A DNA stretch of 64,000 bases, taken from positions 25,082 to 89,081 of the IMG/VR virus record IMGVR_UViG_3300043446_003867. One strand, 5' to 3'. The notes under the pieces are model-generated. The model was not told the origin of the DNA. It was given only the letters and a program-made list of their open reading frames with translations, and did not search any database. Positions within the stretch are counted from its first letter, which is position 1. The number at the start of each line of letters is the position of its first letter. The position numbers and the translations under genes are program-made. This stretch comes from a virus. Below, piece by piece: positions 24,283 to 33,022 of this stretch.

Positions 24283-24957
24283 ATGTCGGAAACGATCAAG
24301 CAATCTCTCAACCGCGCGGATCTCAACACGCTCGCGGACCAGCTTCGCACCCTCGCCTTCGGCGACATCGTCGCTTCGCTCCCGACGACGCTTCGTCAGA
24401 GCGCGGCTGCGGTGGGTTCGTTCGTGGATCCGGCGACCAACTTCGTCGTGTCCGCGCAGGATGCGGACACCCCCGCGTGCGCGGTGCTCTACGCTTCGGC
24501 TCGCGCGGGTGCGGGTACTCCCGGCGTCCTCACCATCGTTGCGTACGGCTCCGTGCCCGCGGCTGGTGAGATCTGCGTCGCGCCGAACGGCCAGCTTGTG
24601 ACGGCGACCGCCGACGCGTGGACCGATCTTGACGTGGTCTTCGTGCCTGAGAAGGGCACGATCGTTGAGGTGACGGCGAACGTGTCCGCGAACACGCTTA
24701 CCCTTCCGACCAACGTGACCACGGTCGGCGCGTGCACCCTCATGGAATGCACCGTCCTCACCGGTGGTTCCGTCGGCGCGAAGTTCGTTGAGCTTCCGGG
24801 CACCGCTCCGGCGGCTGGCTCGGCGGCGCTCAACGCGGCCAAGACCACTGTCGCGTTCAACGCTGGCGACGCGGTCACCAGCGCGACGGTCAAGTTGCTC
24901 GTGTCGTCGTCGGTCGACGTCGCGGCTCTGCTCGCTTCCACGAGCAGCTTCGTCTGA
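24283..24957 (+). CDS. Putative head decoration/structural protein
   Basis: AGGAG RBS; A/V/T-rich, highly biased codons, upstream of scaffold. Confidence 0.6.
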   Translation: MSETIKQSLNRADLNTLADQLRTLAFGDIVASLPTTLRQSAAAVGSFVDPATNFVVSAQDADTPACAVLYASARAGAGTPGVLTIVAYGSVPAAGEICVAPNGQLVTATADAWTDLDVVFVPEKGTIVEVTANVSANTLTLPTNVTTVGACTLMECTVLTGGSVGAKFVELPGTAPAAGSAALNAAKTTVAFNAGDAVTSATVKLLVSSSVDVAALLASTSSFV

Positions 24958-24986
24958 TCAACTGAGGTAAGGGAGTAACCTCGCAC

Positions 24987-25814
24987 ATGAACGGTATGGA
25001 CCAAGCCACCACCACCGAGGTCACGGGGACGCCCGTGACCGCATCTGTTTCCACGACGGGCACCGCGCCCGTCACGACTGCCGTTGGTACTGCTACGGGC
25101 GAGTCGTTTGCGACGAAGAAGGCCGAACCGGCGACCGCACAGGCGGCGGAACCCAAGGCGACCAAGCGCGCAACGAAGCTCTCGCTCTCGCAGCAGGACT
25201 TCAACGAACGCATCAAGCGCGCGAAGACGAGCGCGTTCAAGGATGCGTTCGGCACCGACGACGTCGATAGTATCAAGCAGCGTCTCGCTCGCGCCGAGGA
25301 GCTGGAGGCGCAAGCCGAGGAGGCGCGCGTCGCTCGTATGAGTGAAGTGCAGCGTGTGAAGTACGAAGCGGATCGTGCGCGCCGAGAGGCGCAACAGTAT
25401 CGCGCGCAGGTTGAAGAGATGCGCGAGCGCGAAGTGGTTCGCGATCAGCAGTCCTTCGTGGAGCGCGTTGCATCGCGACACGTCAATCCGGTTTACATGG
25501 AGGAGGCGTCGATCGCCTTCGCTCGTGAAGTCGCGAAGGCGGATCCCCGTGAAGTTGCTCGCTGGACTGAGAAGGACGTTAGCCGTTGGTTCGCGAGCTA
25601 CGTCGCGAAGAAGCCCGCGTTCGCCGCGTCGCCGAACGCGCGTAAGATTGAGAAGAAAATCGCGAGCGCGCCCACGCCGCCGCCGCGCCCCGCTCGCCCT
25701 GCGACTCCGAGTGGGTCGGCGGTTCCGAGCAAGACGTTCAAGCCGGGTCAGCCGAACAGCATGACGCGCGAAGAAGCGCGAGCAGAAGCGAAGCGACGCG
25801 GTTACACTTGGTGA
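24987..25814 (+). CDS. Capsid scaffolding protein
   Basis: Directly upstream of MCP; SQQDFNERIKR, coiled coil ELEAQAEE...MSEVQR, Pro-rich C-terminus. Confidence 0.75.
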   Translation: MNGMDQATTTEVTGTPVTASVSTTGTAPVTTAVGTATGESFATKKAEPATAQAAEPKATKRATKLSLSQQDFNERIKRAKTSAFKDAFGTDDVDSIKQRLARAEELEAQAEEARVARMSEVQRVKYEADRARREAQQYRAQVEEMREREVVRDQQSFVERVASRHVNPVYMEEASIAFAREVAKADPREVARWTEKDVSRWFASYVAKKPAFAASPNARKIEKKIASAPTPPPRPARPATPSGSAVPSKTFKPGQPNSMTREEARAEAKRRGYTW

Positions 25815-25935
25815 TGTTCTAACGTCGATGATCTCGACACCGACGCTCACGCTACGCTGGCGGTCAACAGCGGTTTCAAGCGACGGGCAGAGATAAGACG
25901 ACATAAAGTCAGTCAGTCAGTCAGGAGAAAGATCA

Positions 25936-27324
25936 ATGCCTCTCGTTCTTGGTATTCCCCCCAGTGTTGTGAAGCTCGTGCAGGAAGGTCTGCTTGAGCG
26001 CGCGTTCCACGATGGCCTCTTCCCGGCGCTCCAGTACCGCCAGGAAGCGCTCGTCGAAGAGTGGCCGGCCAACACCGGCAACGAACTCTTCATGAGCCGT
26101 CCGGGCCTCCTCGCGCCCGTGACGAAGCCGCTCCAGCCGGGCACCGACCCGAGCCCGCAGGCGGTGAACTACGAGCAGTGGACCGCGGTGCTCAACCGCT
26201 TCAGCGGTACCATCGACACGAACATGCCGACGAGCGCGACCGCTTCGTCGAACCTGTTCCTCCGCAACATCCACCAGCTGGGCCTCCAGGCTGGTCAGTC
26301 GCTCAACCGCATCCCGCGTAACTCGCTGTTCAAGGCGTACCTCTCGGGCCAGACGCTCACCATCGCGGCGGGCGTTGCGGGCGACACGACGATCCGCGTT
26401 GCGGCTCTCAACGGCTTCACCACGGTCGTCATCCCGTCGTCGACGGTGCGTCCGGTCCCGGTGTCTCCGGCGACCCCGCTCACGGTGACGATCTCGGGTG
26501 TCACCGGCACCCGCAACGTCGTCGGCTTCACCCCGGACAACCCGGACGATCCCGATGGTCCCGGCACCCTTCAGCTCAGCGCGGCTCTCGGCGGCGCTGG
26601 TGTTGCGAACCGCGCTCCGGTCATCTCGTCGGCGGCTCCGCTCGTCATCCGCAGCGGTGGCGGCATCTCGGTCGACGCGCTCAACGCGGGTGACGTGTTC
26701 ACCCTTCAGGACGCGATCAACGCCGTCAACAAGCTCCGCCGCAACAACGTGCCCCCGCACGAGGACGGCTACTACCACGCGCACATCAGCCCCGACGGCA
26801 ACGCGCAGGTCTTCACCGATCCGGCGTTCCAGCGCCTCAACACCGCCCTCCCGGATTATCATATCTACCACGAGGGCTTCATCGGCACGATCGCCGGCAT
26901 CATGTTCTTCATGAACACCGAGTCGCCGGATCGCAACAACGTCGGCACGCTCATCTCGACGGGTGCGAACTCGCTCTACGGCGAGGACATCGGTTCCGAA
27001 GTCGTCAACGCAGCGGGCGTCAACGTCGGCCGCATCCTCATCACGGGCCGTGGCGCTCTCTACGAGAAGTGGCTCCCCGGCACGAACTTCGTCTCTGAGG
27101 CTGGCATCACCGGCAAGATGGGCGAGTTCGACATCGTCAACGGCGGCATCAACGTGCAGACGGAGCGCATCGACCTGATCCTCCGCGCGCCGCTGAACCG
27201 CCTCCAGGACACCGTGGCTGCGACGTGGCAGATCAGCACGTCGTTCCCGGTTCCGAGCGACATCACCTCGGGCACGGGTCCGGAGCGCTTCAAGCGCGCC
27301 GTCGTGATCGAGCACGCGCTCTGA
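25936..27324 (+). CDS. Major capsid protein
   Basis: 462 aa after scaffold; AGGAG RBS; most strongly C-ending codon bias in the window; followed by terminator. Confidence 0.85.
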   Translation: MPLVLGIPPSVVKLVQEGLLERAFHDGLFPALQYRQEALVEEWPANTGNELFMSRPGLLAPVTKPLQPGTDPSPQAVNYEQWTAVLNRFSGTIDTNMPTSATASSNLFLRNIHQLGLQAGQSLNRIPRNSLFKAYLSGQTLTIAAGVAGDTTIRVAALNGFTTVVIPSSTVRPVPVSPATPLTVTISGVTGTRNVVGFTPDNPDDPDGPGTLQLSAALGGAGVANRAPVISSAAPLVIRSGGGISVDALNAGDVFTLQDAINAVNKLRRNNVPPHEDGYYHAHISPDGNAQVFTDPAFQRLNTALPDYHIYHEGFIGTIAGIMFFMNTESPDRNNVGTLISTGANSLYGEDIGSEVVNAAGVNVGRILITGRGALYEKWLPGTNFVSEAGITGKMGEFDIVNGGINVQTERIDLILRAPLNRLQDTVAATWQISTSFPVPSDITSGTGPERFKRAVVIEHAL

Positions 27325-27342
27325 TCGTTGCGGTATAGAGAA

Positions 27343-27372
27343 GGGCGAGCCTCGAAAGGGGCTCGCTCTTTT
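27343..27372 (+). terminator. Intrinsic terminator after major capsid gene
   Basis: GGGCGAGCCTC-GAAA-GGGGCTCGCTC-TTTT. Confidence 0.85.
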
Positions 27373-27480
27373 CGTTAGAAGTCATGCTATTCATCGTGAC
27401 GCAGGGTCGCCGTAACCTTCCCCGAGTGCCCCCCCTCGGAACGCATCGCGGCGACCCTGCACTTCATGGGATGGTGCAAG

Positions 27481-28428
27481 ATGCGGCAGACGTCATTGAT
27501 TACATGGGCGCGAGCAACCAGCGGCTTCGGCGACAAGCGATCCGGCAAAACCGAGTTCTCGTCGCAACAGGCGTTGCAAACGTATTTGCGCCAGCATCCG
27601 AAGGCGGACGCAAGCAAGCACTCCGTCGTGCAGCAAAAGCAGCAGCAGGCGCAGAAGGAAGAACCGTCTCGCAAGACTGCGCAGAGCCACGGGCATGCGG
27701 TCAGCGAGAAGGCGCGTGCGGAAACCAAGTCCAAGATCGAAACGCTCGCAAAGCAGGGGAAGGTCGCAGGTAGCTACGACGCGCTCCACAAAGAGGGCGT
27801 TGAGTTTTTGAAGAAGCACGCGGCGGGTCTTCCGGCGTCGAAGTCGGCGCTCACGGAGTTGTCCGCAGACCTTGGCGGCAAGGTGTCGGGGCGTACGAAG
27901 GAGATCGATTCGGCGCTCAACAAGGTTGTGCTGAAGCACAAGGGGAACGATCCGAGTCGCCCCGAGAAGGGTTACTCCAAGGTGTCGGAACTTGCGGACG
28001 GCGCGGGTCTTCGATGCATTGTAAACTCACCGAAGGACGTGCTCACGGTCGTTGATCGGTTGAAGAAGGATCCTCGCTTTGAGAACATCTCGAAGGACGA
28101 GGAGGATTACATCACCAAGCCCAAGGGCGGGTATCGCTCGTACCACCTTGTCATGCGCGACAAGCGCGATGGGCTGTTGAAGGAATTTCAGATCCGGACG
28201 CCTCGGCAGAATACGTGGGGCGATTGGTGTCACGACGTCTACAAGCCGCAGAACGCGTTGCAGATGGCGACGATGAAGGATCCGCTCGCGAAGCGCGAAG
28301 TGCTCGCGTACGCCGAGAAGATGTCGGATCGTTACTTCGACATGGATAGCGGGAAGAAGCCGCGCGGGTCGGCACCGCCTTGTACGCCCGCCATCAAAAA
28401 GTCGTTCGGGTGTCTGCCCGATAAGTAG
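27481..28428 (+). CDS. RelA/SpoT-family small alarmone synthetase domain protein with N-terminal extension (start 27466 or 27481)
   Basis: GRTK..SA..K, LADGAGLRCIV, DYITKPKGGYRSYHL, EFQIRT..Q..W....H synthetase motifs; no HD hydrolase domain. Confidence 0.9.
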   Translation: MRQTSLITWARATSGFGDKRSGKTEFSSQQALQTYLRQHPKADASKHSVVQQKQQQAQKEEPSRKTAQSHGHAVSEKARAETKSKIETLAKQGKVAGSYDALHKEGVEFLKKHAAGLPASKSALTELSADLGGKVSGRTKEIDSALNKVVLKHKGNDPSRPEKGYSKVSELADGAGLRCIVNSPKDVLTVVDRLKKDPRFENISKDEEDYITKPKGGYRSYHLVMRDKRDGLLKEFQIRTPRQNTWGDWCHDVYKPQNALQMATMKDPLAKREVLAYAEKMSDRYFDMDSGKKPRGSAPPCTPAIKKSFGCLPDK

Positions 28429-28439
28429 GAGCGAAAACC

Positions 28440-28673
28440 ATGGCTGACAAATCGTGGGTTGAGCGGTCGAGTGAAGCGATTGAGCGCTTCATGCCGAAGG
28501 CTGGCGAGGGGTTCAACGTCGTTGCGGTCGATGCGTACGAGGAACCCGGCGACGAGTTGTACCTAGTCGGTAACTTCGAGAGCGAAGCCGAGGCAGAGGA
28601 AGCGGCGGCAGCGCATACGAAGCGCAGCGGCGATAAGGCGTACGTGTACGCGCCGGAAACGTTGAGGCGTTGA
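28440..28673 (+). CDS. Small acidic protein (candidate antitoxin/partner of the synthetase)
   Basis: AGGAG RBS 11 nt after SAS stop; D/E-rich 77 aa. Confidence 0.65.
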   Translation: MADKSWVERSSEAIERFMPKAGEGFNVVAVDAYEEPGDELYLVGNFESEAEAEEAAAAHTKRSGDKAYVYAPETLRR

Positions 28674-28674
28674 G

Positions 28675-29517
28675 ATGCCACTCAAAAAGGGTTCTAGCGA
28701 CGAAACGATTGGCGCCAACATCGGTAAGTTGGTCGGAGAAGGCTACCCGCAGAAGCAGGCTGTAGCGATCGCCTACAAGGAGGCGGGTCGCAGCAAGTCT
28801 GGTTCGGAATGCGTTGCGTGCTCGACGAAGAGTGCGCGTGGCAAGTGCGTGAAGTGCGAAAGCGGTCGCGGCGCTCTGGTGACGTGGGCTCGCTCGGTGA
28901 GCGGCATGGGTCGCAGTGGCAAGGCAGAGTTCTCTTCGCAACAGGCGTTGCAGAGCTACCTTCGCCAGCATCCGAAGGCTGACGCGAGCAAGCATAGCGT
29001 TGCGCAGGCGGCGACGAAGTCGGCTGCGCCGCAAGAGGCCAAGCCCGAGGTTCACCCGGAGTTTTCCAAGTTCGTCTCTACGCTGTACCCGGCTATTGCG
29101 GCGGGTCATCTATCCGGACCCGATTCTCTGAAACTCATGGCGAAGCATCCGCACGCTCCTGCCGGGTTCGAGAAACATCTGGAGGGCGACGCGAGCAAGC
29201 ATAGCGTGACGGGCGGAGAGCAGCCGAAACTCGCCGAGGCACGTCCGTCGATTAAGCGCGCGTCGACGAGTCGCTTTCAGGATCCGAAGGGGCCGATGAA
29301 GTGGCGGGCTGGCGACGATTCTAGCAAGTACATTCACACGCTTGATGGAACGTACAATTGGACGCCTTCAACTGGGCATCTCTCGTTCATTTCAAATAAG
29401 AACGGGCGGCGCACCGTTCTTTCCAAGGATCTTAATCCACGGCGCACTGGCGGATTTCACGATATGAAAAACGAAGAGCAAGCCATGGAGCGCGTCAAGC
29501 AACACGCGAATAGGTGA
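28675..29517 (+). CDS. Composite head-associated hypothetical protein
   Basis: N-terminal PLKKGSS.ETI..NI..L..EGYPQKQAVAIA motif seen in many phage proteins; CxxC pair; ~45-aa segment shared with the SAS N-terminus. Confidence 0.75.
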   Translation: MPLKKGSSDETIGANIGKLVGEGYPQKQAVAIAYKEAGRSKSGSECVACSTKSARGKCVKCESGRGALVTWARSVSGMGRSGKAEFSSQQALQSYLRQHPKADASKHSVAQAATKSAAPQEAKPEVHPEFSKFVSTLYPAIAAGHLSGPDSLKLMAKHPHAPAGFEKHLEGDASKHSVTGGEQPKLAEARPSIKRASTSRFQDPKGPMKWRAGDDSSKYIHTLDGTYNWTPSTGHLSFISNKNGRRTVLSKDLNPRRTGGFHDMKNEEQAMERVKQHANR

Positions 29518-29520
29518 GCC

Positions 29521-30612
29521 ATGGCCGGGAAGTACGACCACATCGACTTCAAGCCACCGTCATCCGTCGCGAACGCGGCGGAGCGCGGGCTTGAGTACCG
29601 CAAGAAGCAGGGCAAGGACAAAGCCGGCTTGACGCAGAAGGAAGCGTCGAAGCAGGGCATCGGCTCTGGCGTTCAGCGCGCGTCGAACCTTAAGGGGCGG
29701 AGCAATCTGAGCCCCGAGACGGTGCGGCAGATGGGTCGGTTCTTCTCGCGTCATGAGAAGAACGCGAAGATCGATGCGGAGCACAAGGGTGAGCCCTGGA
29801 AGGACAAGGGCTACGTAGCGTGGCTCCTTTGGGGTGGCGACGCTGGGCGGTCGTGGGCGAACAAGGTGATTCGGCAGATGGACGCTGCGGACAAGAAGTC
29901 GGGCAAGGGCATCGAGGACGCGTGCTGGAAGGGCTACGAGGCGGTCGGCATGAAGACCAAGAATGGTCGGAAGGTGCCGAACTGCGTGCCGAAGAAGGGT
30001 AAGGGAATCCCCGACGCGCAGGAGCGCGCGGCGTTCGATATCCCTCTCGCTCGGTGGGCGAACGCGATGGGCGGTCGCGGCGTCGAGCTTCGCGCTCCGG
30101 CGGTGAAGCAGAAGACGAACTACTCGTGCGGACCGGCGGCGCTTCGTTCGGGAATGGCGGCGCTCGGTGTCGGCGCGAAGGAAGACGAGCTAGCCGAGAA
30201 GGCGGAGACGAGCGCGAGCGGTGGCACGAGTATCCACGGGCTCGCGAAGGCGGCGCAGGCGTTCGATCTGGAAGCCGAGATCCGCGATGGCATGACGGTG
30301 GACGAACTCATGTCGTGCATGGACGATGGGTGCGTGGTCCTCGTTTGCTTGCAGGCGGGCGACGACGCGGAGGATTACGATTCTTCGCACTGGGTGCTGC
30401 CGGTAGCGGTGAAGGACGAGGGCGGCGCTCCGATCGTCGAGTGCATGGACCCGAGCCGGAAGAAGGTTCACTCCGTGATGAAGCTCGACGAGTTCGAGGA
30501 GCGCTGGCACTGCGTCGACATGGGCAAGCCGGTCAACGGGCTCGCGCTCGTGATCCGCGGAGAGTCGCCGGCGAACATGACGCTGATCGACACGGCGAAA
30601 ATGCCGATGTGA
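29521..30612 (+). CDS. Multidomain protein with C-terminal C39-like (papain-fold) cysteine peptidase
   Basis: QKTNYSCGPAAL (Q/C), GGTS..GL..AA, SHWV (H), MDP (D); N-terminal PP..V..AA.RGL...AWLLWGGDAG..WA domain and CWKGY..VGMK.KNGRKVPNCVP motif. Confidence 0.85.
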   Translation: MAGKYDHIDFKPPSSVANAAERGLEYRKKQGKDKAGLTQKEASKQGIGSGVQRASNLKGRSNLSPETVRQMGRFFSRHEKNAKIDAEHKGEPWKDKGYVAWLLWGGDAGRSWANKVIRQMDAADKKSGKGIEDACWKGYEAVGMKTKNGRKVPNCVPKKGKGIPDAQERAAFDIPLARWANAMGGRGVELRAPAVKQKTNYSCGPAALRSGMAALGVGAKEDELAEKAETSASGGTSIHGLAKAAQAFDLEAEIRDGMTVDELMSCMDDGCVVLVCLQAGDDAEDYDSSHWVLPVAVKDEGGAPIVECMDPSRKKVHSVMKLDEFEERWHCVDMGKPVNGLALVIRGESPANMTLIDTAKMPM

Positions 30613-30657
30613 CGAGCGCGTCGAAGCCCGCTATGATGCGCGCGGAGGTGTTTCGTC

Positions 30658-30972
30658 ATGGCTCGTAAGCAACGCGAAGATAATCAGCAGGGAATCGCCG
30701 ACTACTCGTACACGTCGCAGTCGTCGGCGGTGGAGATGGTCGACAACAGCGCCGAACTCATCGATCCCGCACCGATGGGCGGGACGGCGTACGAGGAGCG
30801 CGCGGCGATGCTCGCGGACGTTCCGCCGATCAAGCAGTACCGCGTCGTTAGCGACGCTCTCGTGATGAACCGAGGCGCGCGCACTCTGCTCCGCGCCGGG
30901 AAGATCATCGACGGGGCGAACTACGACCTGGAGCAGTTGAGCACGCAAGGCGTTCGGTTCGAGGAATACTGA
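30658..30972 (+). CDS. Hypothetical protein
   Basis: GGAGG RBS; upstream TATGAT. Confidence 0.65.
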   Translation: MARKQREDNQQGIADYSYTSQSSAVEMVDNSAELIDPAPMGGTAYEERAAMLADVPPIKQYRVVSDALVMNRGARTLLRAGKIIDGANYDLEQLSTQGVRFEEY

Positions 30973-31154
30973 TGCCGTTCGAGGACGACGTCGCTAGCGT
31001 TCACTTGTTCGACGTTGGCGACGACGTTCTCGAATCAGACGTCGCGTACGATTCGGCAACGATGCTCGCGCTGCTCTGGTTCGCGGCGCGCTACGATGCA
31101 GCGATGGTGTCGGGCGCGGCGAACTTCATCATTCAGGAAGCGAGCGAGGGATAG
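30972..31154 (+). CDS. Small hypothetical protein
   Basis: TGATG coupling. Confidence 0.45.
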   Translation: MPFEDDVASVHLFDVGDDVLESDVAYDSATMLALLWFAARYDAAMVSGAANFIIQEASEG

Positions 31155-31157
31155 GCG

Positions 31158-31562
31158 ATGGCATTCAGCGAGCAAGAGAAGGTCCGGATCCGACATCACC
31201 TCGGCTACCTGAACGTCGGGCAAGCCTACACGTTCGTTGCTGGCGCTCCGGCGGGCGTTGAAACGCAGTTCCTCATTGAAGGTGCGATGCAGCGCGTGCT
31301 TCCCGAAGCCGAGACGTTGGCGAGGGAACTGCTCGCGCGGTGCGATTCGGTCGAAGGGCAGATGATGGACAACCAGGATCTGCTCGCGGTCGAGCAGGTC
31401 GATGAAATCAAGATCCGCCAGGACGAGTTCCAGGCGCTCTTGAAGCGGTATCACTACCATCGGAACGCACTGGCGAACGTCCTCGGCGTCTACCCGAACC
31501 CGTTCGACAAGCGTTTTGCGGCGGGGACCGGCGGTGGTATCAACGTCAACGTTCAGCACTGA
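31158..31562 (+). CDS. Putative head-tail adaptor/neck protein
   Basis: FSEQEKVRIRHHLGY N-terminus; position after head genes. Confidence 0.6.
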   Translation: MAFSEQEKVRIRHHLGYLNVGQAYTFVAGAPAGVETQFLIEGAMQRVLPEAETLARELLARCDSVEGQMMDNQDLLAVEQVDEIKIRQDEFQALLKRYHYHRNALANVLGVYPNPFDKRFAAGTGGGINVNVQH

Positions 31563-31573
31563 GGAGAAGTTCG

Positions 31574-31843
31574 ATGTCCAAGATTGTGGTTCTCGCCCCG
31601 TTCAGCGCCGCTGTCAGCAGCGGTCCGCGTAAGTTCCTTCCCGGCGACGTGGTCGATAGCGACCAGTACAGCGCCGCCGACTACACGGCGATCACGTCGG
31701 CTGCTCCGACGAAGTACACCGCCGCGTTCGACGCGCCGGCTCCCGCGCTCATCGCGGCGCAGGCGCAGGCGATCGAGATCCGCAACAACGGCGGTGATCC
31801 CGAGAACCAGACCGAGGGCATCATGTACCGAGCGATGTTCTGA
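31574..31843 (+). CDS. Small structural protein resembling fibre N-terminal domain
   Basis: GAGGAG RBS, biased codons, followed by terminator. Confidence 0.65.
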   Translation: MSKIVVLAPFSAAVSSGPRKFLPGDVVDSDQYSAADYTAITSAAPTKYTAAFDAPAPALIAAQAQAIEIRNNGGDPENQTEGIMYRAMF

Positions 31844-31872
31844 GCATCTAGGCGCCCCATAGCGCGACTTTT

Positions 31873-31907
31873 AGACGCGGAGCCTAACAGGCCCGCGTCT
31901 TTCGTTT
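31873..31907 (+). terminator. Intrinsic terminator
   Basis: AGACGCGG.GCCT-AAC-AGGC-CCGCGTCT-TTCGTTT. Confidence 0.7.
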
Positions 31908-31948
31908 GAGCGGCTGACGTAGCGCCCGTGGAGCGCTACGCTGCGGTC

Positions 31949-32500
31949 ATGCCACGTCCGCACCCGCTGCAACCGTTCCAAGCCAAGATGACGCTCGCGA
32001 ACCGGCTTCGGGGTCCGGCGGATCGCGTGCGGCAGATCGCGACCGACATGGGCGTGCGACCGTACCGCGTGTTCCTCGTGTGGACGACGTTCCAGGGCGA
32101 GGAGCGCGGCGAAGGCACCGAAGTCGAGTTGGCGCGCGTCGAGATTCTGCCGACGCCGAAGATCGGTGAGTTGACCAGCCTCGGCATGAACCCGTACTCG
32201 CAGGGTTTCGCGAGCACGGGCTCGCTTCGCCTTGAGAAGATCAGCGCGGGGTTCACGCAGCCGCAGCTCATGGGGCTCGAAGTGCCAGGGCGCGGGCAGC
32301 TTCCGAACATGCCTCGCAACGTCGACTTCTGGTACGAGATGCGTGAGGACGGGCGCGGCGGCGATAAACCGGTGCCGCTCCGCTATCGCCTCGCATCGTC
32401 GCCGTATCGCGCGGCGGGACGTGTCTCGTGGTCGGTCATGCTAGAACGGCAAGACGAGGCGACGCAGATGGATGGACAGCCGCCGTTCGCGTTGAGGTGA
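31949..32500 (+). CDS. Putative head closure/neck protein
   Basis: Synteny between adaptor and gp10-like gene; TACGCT 6 nt before ATG. Confidence 0.55.
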   Translation: MPRPHPLQPFQAKMTLANRLRGPADRVRQIATDMGVRPYRVFLVWTTFQGEERGEGTEVELARVEILPTPKIGELTSLGMNPYSQGFASTGSLRLEKISAGFTQPQLMGLEVPGRGQLPNMPRNVDFWYEMREDGRGGDKPVPLRYRLASSPYRAAGRVSWSVMLERQDEATQMDGQPPFALR

Positions 32501-32503
32501 ACC

Positions 32504-33022
32504 ATGGCGACCGTTATCAAACTCAGTGATGCGGCAGTCTACTTCGGCACGTCGGGTCCGGTGGCGGTCAAGCTGAAGACCGCGGCGCTCAAGGGGATCT
32601 ACTCCGCCGCGCTTCGGTCGAAGCAGATTCTTCAAACGACCGAGATTCAGGATGCGGATCCTCCGCCGGTAAACAAGGGCGTCTATCGCGCTGGATGGCA
32701 GGTGGAGAAGCTGAAGAACGGGGCGGCGTATTACAACAGCGTGCCGTACGCGCGATATATCGAGGACGGTGTGCCGGCGATGAACGTCGTCATGTCGCAG
32801 AAAGCGATCATGGCGATTGCTGAGTGGGCGCGTAGGAAGCTCGGCGGCTTGGACGAGAAGCAGGCGCTCAACGTCGCGTATGCGATCATGCAGAACCTCA
32901 AGAAGCGCGGTATTTTCAAACACGGCGCGGGCTTGAAGATCATGAAGAAGTACAACGATCGGAAGCTCAACGAAGTCATTCGGCGAGAGATCGACGCTGA
33001 GATCGACAAGGTGAAGTTTTGA
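32504..33022 (+). CDS. HK97 gp10-like neck/tail completion protein
   Basis: PVNKGVYRAGW...NSVPYARYIEDG motif. Confidence 0.75.
   Translation: MATVIKLSDAAVYFGTSGPVAVKLKTAALKGIYSAALRSKQILQTTEIQDADPPPVNKGVYRAGWQVEKLKNGAAYYNSVPYARYIEDGVPAMNVVMSQKAIMAIAEWARRKLGGLDEKQALNVAYAIMQNLKKRGIFKHGAGLKIMKKYNDRKLNEVIRREIDAEIDKVKF

Noticed and set aside
25907-25924. (AGTC)4 microsatellite before the capsid RBS as a phase-variation switch
   Set aside because: Only four units, non-coding and upstream of the SD; no evidence of functional effect
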